Positions 52,402 through 64,000 of a stretch of 64,000 bases of DNA are shown one piece after another. This DNA comes from Eledone cirrhosa (taxonomy: Eukaryota). Every line of letters starts with the position of its first letter. Position 1 is the stretch's first letter. Both the position numbers and the translations under genes were made by a program. A model generated the notes under the pieces. The model was not told the DNA's origin. It searched no databases and was given only the letters and a program-made list of their open reading frames with translations. Location of the stretch: assembly GCA_964016885.1 (NCBI GenBank), contig OZ024740.1:293446001-293510000 (forward strand), in the 5' to 3' direction.

Positions 52402-52557
52402 TGTTCCAACATAACACATTACATACACAACACATATGCCACATATGCCATATACAATATGCCATATACAATACATACAACTTACAAGCACAATGTACAA
52501 CTTACATATTCAACATATACACAGTATATGTACAGTAGATATAAAATACACATAACA

Positions 52558-52972
52558 TACTCTCAGGTCTCAAATAATCGTCCCCTGCCACTTAATAATT
52601 TTTCAGATTTTTTCCAACCTCCTGCCCTTATTCCAACGAGAACATTATAAGAAATCTTATTCGTTATAAAATAAATAGAGTAGCGTTCACTACACAGGCT
52701 TCATTGAGAAGACAAGTATCTCAGTTTTTTACAGCACTGATTTTCATTCCCGCCATGGAGCACTCGGCATCAAACCTATCAAGTGCCATTCGGAGATCTC
52801 CTTCTGTTGAGTTAAGTAACCCAGAAATCCCATACATCATAAAACAAATAGGATGGATTGGGGTTTGAATATGTAAACTAAATGACTAATTTTGGTTTAT
52901 TATAAAATCAATGGAGACAACCCTGAAAAATTACCAATTTTCCAACCCCTCTATTATTTGGAACCCATGAGT
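52558..52972. mobile_element. Tc1/pogo-like MITE interrupted by an RTE fragment (partial copies 11754-11977, 29943-30145, 59585-59778)
   Basis: TA-CTCTCAGGTCTCAAATAAT ... ATTATTTGGAACCCATGAG-TA inverted ends. Confidence 0.7.
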
Positions 52973-53124
52973 ACACAGCAGATTCCTCATCTATACAGAA
53001 CATAATCAGTTTCTATTAAATTCTGAATGTAGTGACTGCTATAAGTAAATTACATTCTTATATTCAGTGTATCACATTTGAAGACGTTGCTGTACTATCA
53101 ATATCTAAGTCATCATCATAATTA

Positions 53125-53855
53125 TCATCATCATTTTATGTCTGCTTTTCCATGCTTGCATGGGTTGGAAGGATCTTTTCCAGCACATGATTCCTCCACT
53201 TGTCATAGTCTTTCATCAACTCAACTGTGAGATTCAATGATTTGAGATCAGTTCCCATAATTTATGATCCGGTCCTCCTTGGCCTCCCTCTACTGTAGCT
53301 CCCTTCCAATGGGATTTCTTTGCACTTCTTCACTCAGCAATCATCATCCATATATATCATATGACCAATCTTCTCTCCTGCACACAACATCTGATTGTTG
53401 GTACACCCAACTTTTCTCTCAGTTCATCTATGCATTCATGCACATTAACATTGCACAACATTTGGAGCATGTTCATTTAATTTCTCTCCAGCTTTTACAT
53501 ATCCTCTGCATTCCTTGCCCATGTCTCACTGCCATGCAACATCACACATTTAATGCAGGCATCATAGAGCTAACATTTCGTTTGCAGAGAAAAATCTTTT
53601 GTTGTCAACAAAGGCTATAGCTCTATGAACTTGTTCCATCCTGTTCTTATTCTTGCTACTATGCTCTCAGTGCAAACTTCTCCTTGGTTAATTCGATCAT
53701 CTAGGTAGTAGAAGCAGCTATCAACCTCTTTTATAGATCCTTCCTGTGATTGGTAAAGGTTTATTTCACTGATGCTCTTACTACCAACTATCCCTGTGCA
53801 TCTGCCACATACAAAGCCCACCTTTCCTTTTAGTCTGCTTGCTATCCTTCTACAT
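53125..53855 (-). mobile_element. Old RTE fragment retaining the end of the PHD finger (another 3' piece at 58277-58525)
   Basis: GFVCGRC...EGSIKEVDS...ESIVARIRTGWNKF; (CAT)n tail. Confidence 0.8.
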
Positions 53856-56373
53856 TGCTCTCTCTCATATTTTAAAAACAAGACTAGATACATATATAGA
53901 TATAGATATCTAGGATTAAAGATGAATGTGGAAGTCTTTAAATATACCTTTAAAATTGTATTCAATGGCTTGAGTAACAAAATTAAAATATGCTTAACTT
54001 TTGATGAGCTTAAATATTAGGTTAAACATAGCACTTGCACAGTTTTATAAACTTTATATAAAAGATTGAATACATGGATTCAACTTCATATATTTTGGAA
54101 TACAATACAACAAACAATTATAACACTCTATCAATCTTCTTGTTGTTGTTTGCATGACATATGTACAATGGTTAGAGACACATTGAGATTGGTGAGCCAG
54201 ACTAAGGCGTCATTTGTAGTATTATGGATCGCCTCCAGACTGCTGTTTGAGGGGGAAATCCTGAAAAACATGAAGCACTGTCTGGTCAGGGTCCCCACAG
54301 TCACATCCTAGGCTGTCTTTCGTTTTCCATCAATGGAGATTATGGACAGATCTGATTAAAGGACTCTATCATTAAACAATGGACTCTTGAAATAGATTAA
54401 GACTTCATTTTCTAATCTCTTATGCCCTTCATAATACATATTTATTTTTTTTAGTCATGAAATATAGATATTTGTTCTAGCGTTGTGCATAAACATACAC
54501 TTAACAAATTACATGGACATTAGTCAGAAATAAAGAAAAGAAAAGTATACACACTCTCTGAATTACACATTACACCTTGAATTGGTGATGTTTTCCTCTA
54601 AAGATGTTTGAAGCAATTCCAAATATTTATGATATTACTGTAGGTGACAGTGAAGCTGGGCCAACCCAAAACCATCATAAACATCACCTACCACTTCAAT
54701 GATAACAAAAGCTTCATTTTGAGAGGCCTATCTCACTTGAACAGCTGAAATATCATGACTGAAAAATACAGTTCACCAACAAATTCTGATATTTCAGTAT
54801 CTGATTCCATTTGGCTATGGATACAGCAACCCCAACTTCTGCACAACATTTAGAATGAGTGGAATATTCAACGGTCTCTTACTTTAAAAGGAATCTACCT
54901 CTAGCCCAAGGGCAATGTGTAGGCCCATCAGGCTTATTCCTATCAATCCTGGCCAATTCTGTTAGAGTTGAGAGGCTATTAACTGTGGCTTTAAAATACA
55001 ATATTTTAAAATACAATATTTGAAGCTATATAAGACACCACTCCAATCTTTCTACAGGAAACATTAAAAATAAATACTTTATGTAATTACAGTGAAGCAT
55101 CTAATGCTATTAAAGCGTAGCTTTGATAACATCAGGTGCTTTTATAATTTATTCACAGTATAATTGGAAAAAATCCTAATGAAACCAGTAATTAGGTGGC
55201 AGGAAAACCTTTCAAAATAATTATATCTTCTAATTTACAAGAGTTGTTTCAAATTTTAAAGGGATTACTCTTGCAGTGATAGCAGCAAATTGTTGCAGAA
55301 ATTAAGAAAGGCTTGTATAGAAACTGAAAGAGTTTCATGAAAAACATATGACATTTTATTAAAATATGGAACACTAGAAATTGTGGCTGAATTCTGGGCT
55401 TCCTTGGAACCCACTGTGGAAATACTTATAAAGTTCTATTGTTTGTCAGATGGTGCAAATGGAAAGAAGTTTCCCAGCAGAGACCGGCCACCAGCTAGTG
55501 GAAGGCCCTGAATCTGTGAATGATTTGGAATGACATCTTATTGGCCATAATTCCCCAAAAATCACAAATAAACACAACCTCTGAAACTTGAGGGCCCAAG
55601 AAGCTTCCTATTCATGTGTTTTACTTACCTGTGTCTCCATTTATCAGGACACCAACCAGTTGCTGATCCAGTTCATTGCAACAAATAGATATTACTAATT
55701 AAGTGGATCTCCAGCAGTTTGATGAGTATTTAGTTCTTTAATTAACTGAACTACCTGCTCATTAAACTAACACGAAAGTGGCCGAGCATTCTGCAGACAC
55801 ATAAGCTCTTAATGAAATTCTGGACCAGAATTAAATAAAACTAAGTTTGTTACAAGGTGAGACCTTTGTATTTCAGGTGCAATCCATCCAACAGGCTCCC
55901 ATATAATTTACATTCATTCAGTTTTACTCACAAAGCATGAATTGACACTAGGATATAGTAACCAATGTCAGGCAATATAATTGTTTCTACTTTTGGCACA
56001 AGGCCAGCAATTATCCCAGTGCATTACTGGTACTTTATTTTATCGACCCCGTAAGGATGAAAGGCAAAATTAACCTCGGCAGGATTTGAATTCAGAACAT
56101 AAAGAGCCATAACTCTATGCTGCAAAGCATGATGTCTGATGCTCTATTGATACTGCCAATCCACCGCCAGGCAATATAACTTCTTATGATTGCAAAGTAA
56201 ACTGCTGGACTATTTGGTTAGGTTGCATTCAAAATAGTTGCTATAGTCACAATGAATCATCTGCACGATTATTTGAGCATAAGACCTTACACATTAACTA
56301 CACAACTATTTTCCATTCAAAATACCTCTCCTTCAGACTCAACTTTGAATTTAATTGTGTCCTTCAATTTTAG

Positions 56374-56481
56374 ATGCAAGTTTGGTTCCTGGTTTGTTCT
56401 TTTACTCTGGTGTTGGCACCAATTTTGGCAAAATGTTGGCGTGTAAACCAAATTTTTAAGAAAGCAGCATTCAAGAGGGTG
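56374..56481 (+). CDS. GPR156: GPR156-like GPCR, coding exon 3 (TM3-ICL2)
   Basis: Not in the ORF track in this frame. Acceptor caattttag|; MQVWFLVCSFTLVLAPILAKCWRVNQIFKKAAFKRV matches the family motif FTL...(P)I..K.WRV..IF; donor GTG|gtaagt; 108 nt, phase 0-0. Confidence 0.92.
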
Positions 56482-57623
56482 GTAAGTAATTACGCACACA
56501 AATCTCTACAGACTTTCAACCATTGTGTTTCTGGATATAAATAAAATATGCAGTTATTGTTTAACCACAGGTCAGCCTTGATTGCATAGAATCTATGATT
56601 CCACTTCCTTCATTTCACTAATAAAGTAGAAAAGGATAATAATGATTTCTGATTTAGGCAGAAGGCCAACAATTTAGGGAAGGGGAAAGTCGATTATATC
56701 AATCCAAATGCGCTACTGGTACTTTATTTTATCGACCCTGTAAGGTCGAAAGGCAAAGCTAACCTTGACAGGATTTCAAATCAGACCGTAAAGGGCCACA
56801 ACTCTATGTCATGAAGCATGGTGTCCGATGCTCCACTGATTCTGCAATTCATTGATGAACAGAATAATAATATTGAATGAGATTATTTGCTATCACAAAG
56901 AAGCAGAAAACAGTTTTCACCTATGCTACTATCAAAATATCATCATCATCATCGTTTGATCTTTAACTAAAACTAAATTAGATTAATTGCTGATCCACTT
57001 ACAATAAAATGGTTATTATATGTCTGGTTTCAGAAAGCAAAACATAAATATTCAAAGAATATGTATGATGAAACAGGTTTTTATAGACAGGAGATATGGT
57101 GGAACATGCAAATATAAAGAGTACATATGAGAGAACATGTTGATATAAATAGTTGTCATCAAAATATGTAGCACAGCAAAAGACTCAACCACTTCTCTCC
57201 AAACATCAACTAATCTCATGCTTGACATCATTTTCCTCCCTGTCCACTCTTTGACTTTGCACAATTACTCTCTTTGTACTCATTCTATAATTCTTTTACA
57301 GAAGATTTGTCTATACTTGTCCATATTTGATAGAGGTAGGCTATCATGTTACATAACAAAACCACTTCATTTTCTATCTTTTAACAATTGAAAGAATGTT
57401 TTCCTAGTATACAGTCTTTTCAACAATTTCTTTCAACATTCTTGTTAGTTTAATGTCCAATACATGGAATGAAAAGCATCTCTGTACACCTTTCCTGACT
57501 TTTTTTAATTTTTTGCATCTAACGACCATGCATAAATCTGAGTTGAAATTACCATTGCTCTTAAAAAAGAAATTTTTTTCATTGTAATATTCTCACAATA
57601 AAGGCTGATATATATATATACAC

Positions 57624-57681
<58 letters not shown>

Positions 57682-57779
57682 AATGAGTTAAAGACTTAGT
57701 TGATATGTAATCAACTGACTTATGTTTATAACAGATACAAAGCACTCAACAGTTATATTTATCTGGAGTATTATGATAA

Positions 57780-57877
57780 TAATAGTAATAAACGAAAGAT
57801 ATAACTTTATATCATCACTATTTATAATATAATGAAATAAATAGTGATGATATAAAGTTATATCTTTCATTTATTAC

Positions 57878-57882
<5 letters not shown>
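57780..57882. repeat. 45-bp inverted repeat with a 13-bp spacer
   Basis: Arms 57780-57824 and 57838-57882 with one mismatch. Confidence 0.85.
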
Positions 57883-57939
<57 letters not shown>

Positions 57940-58586
57940 CAGAATGGATGCAGTAAAAACCTGAGTACTGAATAGTTGGGTTAGAAGAGTGTGGTAATAT
58001 GAAGGATTCGGAACCCGTTTTAACAGGTATTTTAGAAATAGAGAGTGAGAAAAGGAAAGTGCATCCACTCGGCCTCAGGTCACTGTAAGAAGGGAAAAAC
58101 AATGGCTCTGTAACTGGAAGTGACAAGTAGGAGCGGCAGGTTGGATAAGGGAGAAGGAAAGAAAAGAAGTAGTAAGAGGAAGGGATGATGGACATATTTC
58201 CCATCAAGTTAAGGGGATTAATGTAATGCACTTTGCTTAGTACTTACTGTTACTCTTATCATCCACTCCCCTAATTCTCATCATCATCATCATCATTATT
58301 TTTACATCCATTTTTCCATGCTTGCATGGGTTGGATGGGTCCTTCTCAGCACAGTATCTCTCTACTTGTTGCATTTCTTCATTATCTCTTCTGTGAGTCT
58401 CAGCAATTTGAGGCCAGCTCTCACAACCTCTGCCCAAGGCTTTCTTGGTTTATCTCTACTGTGGCTACTTTTCACTGGCATTTCCTGGCATTTCTAAACA
58501 CATTGATCATCATCCATTCTCTTATGATAATAATTCCCTTTAAATGTTTAAAAAATTTAATTTTATTTCTCATATTGATTTGACAG

Positions 58587-58709
58587 GTGATTAAAGATTT
58601 ACAATTATTTATTTTCATTGGAGTAAATTTAACTTTTGATATAATATTCCTGACTCTCTGGCAGACACTGGATCCATTAAAGCATTGGTTTATTCCAATA
58701 ATTACCAAA
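58587..58709 (+). CDS. GPR156: GPR156-like GPCR, coding exon 4 (TM4)
   Basis: Acceptor gatttgacag|; VIKDLQLFIFIGVNLTFDIIFLTLWQTLDPLKHWFIPIITK (IKDLQL and W...DPL motifs); donor AAA|gtaagt; 123 nt. Confidence 0.92.
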
Positions 58710-60201
58710 GTAAGTGGATTTATCTTCTTCTTCTTCTTCCCTTATAGAAAATCCATGGGATACAATTCATTATCAGATTGATATCGCTTTTCTCTACATT
58801 TGTATTAGTGGAGAGAAAATATCTTATTGAATCACATATCTATATACCAAGAAATTAGTCTTGCAAATATTTGTTGATGTGTCTCAGGGAATGAAACTTA
58901 CTCCATTCAGTTCTATTGACCAAACTTGTTTGAAATAGTTGCTATGACTTCCAAGAAAAATATTATGTGAAAGCATAGAAGCCTATCCAAAGAAATTATA
59001 TATTTTTAATTTTCTTTTAAGAAAAGGATTGTCAAGGATTTTTGATTCTTCAAATATTACATTCTTATAAGAAGTAATTAACAAAATTGAAAACTTGGAC
59101 TCTTTACATCCAAACAACATTATTGCATTTGAGCAATTATAATATCTAAAGAGAGCGTCAGTTGCCCTCATGGTGAGTCAGGAGAAGCCTTGTTGAGAAT
59201 GTGCCGGTCATTCCCTCCCCACAGAACAAATAGATATTGTCTTTGTCTATATCAGAAACTGCACAAATTGCAACAGTCTGCTATATCCTTAATAAGGAAA
59301 CTGAACTGTCATGCTGCTGCAACAAATGGAGCTCTTAGCTAATTTTAAGCCATGTGTACTTTAAGAACAAATATATTCCTCGAATCTCCTTTGGAATTTC
59401 TACGAACGTAAGGAAGACAACTATCTTGTGCTGGATTTGTCTTCCTTTTAGAAGTCACTTGACAGTCAGTATCACACACCTTTCACTTATTAAATTTTGC
59501 TAATCTATCTCAGGCGAAATCTTATTTTAAGAGGTAGCACTTCTGCATCAATTAAGTTTCTTTAGACACTAAAAAAACCTCATACATGACAAAAACAAGT
59601 ACATTACTAGAAATCCTATACTTTATGAAATAAATAGGATGGATTGGGGTCTCAATATGTAAACTAAACGACTAATTCTGGTTTTAAAATATATCAAGGG
59701 AGGCAACCTAGAAAAATTATCAATTTTCCAAACCTCAGCTTATTCCACCCGCCCTCTATTATTTGGGACCCGAGAGTAATAGCTGCCGACTTACAGATTC
59801 TACCATGTAATCCAAACTGGCTAATAGGAATGAGCCTCATTTATCATCCAATGACAATCTGTATTATTTAGAAGCCATCAGGCGGTGGATTGGCAGTATC
59901 GGTAGAGGGTCGGACGCCATGCTTTGACGCATAGAGTTACGGCCCTTGCCATTCTGAGTTCAAATCCCGCCGAGGTTAACTTTGCCTTTCGTCCTTACGG
60001 AGTCGATAAAATAAAGTACCAGTAATTGCTGGCCTTGTGCCAAAAGTAGAAACAATTATTTAGAAGCCACCAACTCTGGAATATCAAACGTCCTTTTTGC
60101 AGCTGTGAAACCTTTAACAATAGAAATATTAATTAAAATGTGAATACAAAATACATTGAGTGCTCTTTTCTATTGATTGTACACCTGTCTCTGTTGTTTC
60201 T

Positions 60202-60419
60202 ATTAGAAATTAGAAATTATAAGCTTTCACCGTATTTTAGACTAAAGAAATTTCTAGCCTGATAGTGGGGTTTATAACCCTCGGAGAAATGGAAAAAGAT
60301 GAGTGTTGCCGTACACACTCATCTTTTTCCATTTCTCCGAGGGTTATAAACCCCACTATCAGGCTAGAAATTTCTTTAGTCTAAAATACGGTGAAAGCTT
60401 ATAATTTCTAATTTCTAAT
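60202..60419. repeat. Perfect 105-bp hairpin with an 8-nt loop
   Basis: 60202-60306 is the exact reverse complement of 60315-60419. Confidence 0.95.
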
Positions 60420-61242
60420 TTCAAACTCGCGCACCGTTTCAAAAACATACTTACATGTTTACGTTTATAATTTGCTTGTTTATCATTGTTTCTACTTTTG
60501 GCACAAGGCCAGCAATTATCTCAGTGTATTACTGGTACTTTATTTTATCGACCCCATAAGGATGAAAGGCCAAGTTAACTTCGGCGGGATTTGAACTCAG
60601 ATCATAAAGGGCCGTAACTCTATGCTACAAAGCATGGTGTCCGACTCTCTACCAATACTGCCAATTCACCCTACTTAATAAATAATTGTTTCTAGTTTTG
60701 GCACAAGGCTAGCAATTATCCAGTACATTACTGGTACTTTATTTTATCGACCCTGTAAGGATGAAAGGCAAAGTTAACCTCGACAGGATTTGAACTCAGA
60801 CCGTAAAGGGACGTAACTATGCTAGAAAGCATGGCGTCCAACCCTCTACCGATACTGCCAATTCACCGCCCTTAATAAATAATAATAAATAATAGTTGTC
60901 CTACTTAATTTAAGCTTATATTGGTTACAATCTGAAAGAGCTGGATTTTCAATTCTCAACAGTTTTTGCAGTTCCTTTGCTCCGTGCCTTTCATGTAAAG
61001 TGATTTTACATATCCTGCATATATATAAGCTTAATTTCTCTCTTGCCAATAAAGATATACCTTATTTATCTCATTCCTGTACAACAAACCTTTCTTAATA
61101 CATATCTCATATAGTCTGCCTTGTGACCCAAGAAATTATCTAATGTTTTAGTGTTTACTTCCATTTCTTTTTATAGTCTGCTTAACAAAATGTTGCCTAT
61201 AAATTTAACTTGGTATGTTTAGTATTATTGTTATACTTACAG

Positions 61243-61587
61243 GAAGGCCTAACTTCTGGATTTAACATGAATGCAACCAACATCATCACTGTACCCAGCT
61301 GTTCTTGTGATTTTGAACCAATTTGGATGTCAGTCTTATTTATTTACAAAGGAAGTGTTTTGTCATTTGGTCTATACATAGCCTGGCAAATTCGTAACAT
61401 TACTTTACCTTCTATGGACGATGCTAAACCAACAATACTAATAATCTTAACAGTTTTCATCCTCTGCAGTAGTAGCATTGCTCTTTGTCATTTGTTTCGA
61501 GAAAGACCTGTAGTGGTGAATTCTTGCCTTACAGTCATAATTTGGTTGTTTGCCTTACTTGCTCAGTGTGCTATATTCATACCTAAG
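61243..61587 (+). CDS. GPR156: GPR156-like GPCR, coding exon 5 (ECL2, TM5-TM7)
   Basis: Acceptor tacttacag|; ...CSCDFEPIWMSVLFIYKGSVLSFGLYIAWQIRNITLPSMDDAK...CAIFIPK carries the YKG..L.FG...AW..R and F.PK class C motifs; donor AAG|gtaagt; 345 nt. Confidence 0.93.
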
Positions 61588-62322
61588 GTAAGTTTTTCTT
61601 TCTAGTAACACTTCATCATCTGATGTAAAATTTTATTTTGCATTCCATTCAATGCTGGTGTCAGACTCTGAAAGGGTGTGTACTGTCACCTCTCTTGTTC
61701 ATAAACTTCATGGACAGAATTGACATGCGCAGCTAGATTGGAAGTGGTATCAAGACTGGTGGGTGAAGCATCAGTTGGCTGAAATTTGTGGATCACATAG
61801 TACTACTTAACATGCCAGAAGTTGATCTCCGACTTGCACTTGATAGGTATGATGACAAGTGCTGCACAGATGGAATTAAAATCAGTGTTGCAAAGACTGA
61901 GACATTTGTCTTCTCAAGGAAGCCAGTGCAGTTCACTTTACATGTGAGTGGAGTTCCACTGAAGCAGGGGGAGAAGTTCAAGTATCTTGGGACCATGTTC
62001 TTAAGTGATGGAAGGCAGGGGGCTGAATTAAGTGGTAATGGTGATGGTGGTGTTAGTGGTGTTGTGGTGGTGGTGATGGTGGTGTTAGTTGTGCTGGTGG
62101 TAGTTGTGATGGTGGTGTTAGTTGTGGTGGTGATGTTGTAGGTGGTGGTCGTGATGGTGGTTGAAAGAATTGTGACAACAATGACAGTAATGACATATAC
62201 ACACTGTGTCATATTATACTCAGTAAGTAATGACATATACACACTATATCATATTATACCCTGTAAGCCTGTTGGTTTATCAGTTTCAGAGCCTATTTTC
62301 TATATGTATTCAATCTTTTCAG

Positions 62323-62481
62323 ATTTTATTATGGAGAAAAAGTAAGAGCGACAAGTTAGAATCACCAGCTGCTCCTTCTTTTGCTCACCGTTTAACATAT
62401 TGTAAGAAGGAGGAACCCAGCTATGAAGAATTATGTCATTTAGTTGTAGAAAACTCAGCCCTTAAAAGATCTATGCATGAG
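62323..62481 (+). CDS. GPR156: GPR156-like GPCR, coding exon 6 (cytoplasmic tail, start of coiled coil); gene continues
   Basis: Acceptor tcttttcag|; ILLWRKSKSDKLES...EELCHLVVENSALKRSMHE has a heptad-like EN..L pattern as in the GABA-B-family coiled coil; donor GAG|gttagt; 159 nt. Confidence 0.85.
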
Positions 62482-63376
62482 GTTAGTATTTCATTGGCTT
62501 ACATTTTTACAGTTTGGTCAGAGGTGGAAAGGCAGCTCCTAAGGGTAGCTGCTGGGCCTCTGGGGGTGATGGGATAGAAGAAGAAACCACAATTCATGAA
62601 GTCCTTGTTTGAATATTTGCAACAGAGTGAACAGCAGATGGTGATATTAAAAACCTGATGGCGGATTTAGTCTCTCATCTGAAGATCTTCTATGAATTTT
62701 CTGCAGTTTCATTAACACTAATTAGGTTGAACTGAATCTAGGTTAGTAGACACTAACCTAAAATGCTGCATGATGGGGTCTAGTCCAAAACTATGTGATT
62801 CCAAAGTGAAATTCTGAACATGACCATGTGTGTATCCATATTACTTCTATACTTCTGTGGATCATTTATGTGGTATTTCTAATACCAAGCAGAGGCAGTA
62901 CTGCAGTCACTGCTGTGGAAACTCACACATGATAGAATAAAAAGGGGTTGGTCTTGAGCTATATTTCAGGAGCATGTTTGTAAAGAATGAATTTGTGGAA
63001 GCCATACTGGATAGGGACAAGTAGAAAAGTATAATTATCAACGTTGTCTGAGGGAACTCAACATGATGATGATGATGTCAGTGGTGGTGGTGGTGGTGTT
63101 GTTTTGGTGGTGGTGGTAGTGATGATGATGATGATGCAGGACAGGGCTTTTATAATGTACAATGTTACAAATGGCAAGATTCAGGGAGATGTAGTTGGCG
63201 AATTGAAGTGATAGGTTACGCGCCTAAGTTATTTAGTGTCCCTACATTGGCTGTCCAACAAATATTCCCTAAAATAACCAGCTAACCACTGATTAGTTTA
63301 CCAAATATACAATAAGATACAGAATTGGCAATTTATGATTGATAATGTTGTTGGAGGTATAAGTAAAACAGTGAGT

Positions 63377-63879
63377 GACATGAAAAGATGAGCTGGCTAC
63401 ATGTAGAGTAACATTCTGGATTAATGGACATGAAAAGATGAGCTGGCTACATGTAGAGTGACATTCTGGATTAATGGACATGAAAAGATGAGCTGGCTAC
63501 ATGTAGAGTAACATTCTGGATTAATGGACATGAAAAGATGAGCTAGCTACATGTAGAGTAACATTCTGGATTAATGGACATGAAAAGATGAGCTGGCTAC
63601 ATGTAGAGTGACATTCTGGATTAATGGACATGAAAAGATGAGCTGGCTACATGTAGAGTAACATTCTGGATTAATGGACATGAAAAGATGAGCTGGCTAC
63701 ATGTAGAGTGACATTCTGGATTAATGGACATGAAAAGATGAGCTAGCTACATGTAGAGTAACATTCTGGATTAATGGACATGAAAAGATGAGCTGGCTAC
63801 ATGTAGAGTGACATTCTGGATTAATGGACATGGACAGATGAGCTGGCTACATGTTGGGTGACATATTAGATTAATGGAT
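63377..63879 (+). repeat. 50-bp minisatellite, 10 units
   Basis: gacatgaaaagatgagctggctacatgtagagt(a/g)acattctggattaatg recurs every 50 bp; last unit degenerate. Confidence 0.97.
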
Positions 63880-64000
63880 ATATGTTGCAATAGGAGTAAG
63901 AGTGGTCAAAGGATCCAGATTGGGTGTGAACAGAGGGTCATATAGACTGCAGTTGTATCTAAAGAAAGTGGATGTTCAGGAAAGATGTGAGGATGAAAGG

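Noticed and set aside
45202-52650. 2482-aa ORF and overlapping 295-1369-aa ORFs
   Set aside because: Products of stop-free 15-bp and 31-bp tandem units, open in several frames at once and lying inside an intron.
54560-55600. Extra receptor exon or nested gene in complex intronic sequence
   Set aside because: No sustained open frame, and exons 2 and 3 already join to give a complete TM2-TM3; probably decayed DNA-transposon sequence that I cannot classify.
63377-63879. CRISPR-like regular array
   Set aside because: Head-to-tail repeats with no unique spacers, no cas genes, eukaryotic context.

Overview
AT-rich, repeat-dense eukaryotic (animal) DNA. The SINE/LINE families and (TA)n/(GAT)n microsatellites look like an octopus/cephalopod genome (inference). 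One host gene can be reconstructed on the + strand: six coding exons (42933-62481, 326 aa so far, continuing beyond the last exon found) of a class C, GABA-B-family 7TM receptor. It starts directly at TM1 with no ligand-binding ectodomain, i.e. GPR156-like. The rest is mobile DNA and tandem repeats: an intact full-length RTE-clade LINE (1040-aa ORF) whose reverse transcriptase carries an inserted C4HC3 PHD-type zinc finger, many truncated RTE copies of several subfamilies, two tRNA-derived SINE families (one sharing and apparently switching RTE 3' tails), a decayed Penelope-like element, several long palindromes and hammerhead-ribozyme motifs that look like Penelope pseudo-LTR remnants, non-autonomous Helitrons, mariner, pogo-like and piggyBac-like MITEs, and 15-, 31-, 50- and 71-bp tandem arrays. 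All calls come from reading the sequence by eye; no database searches or folding programs were run.
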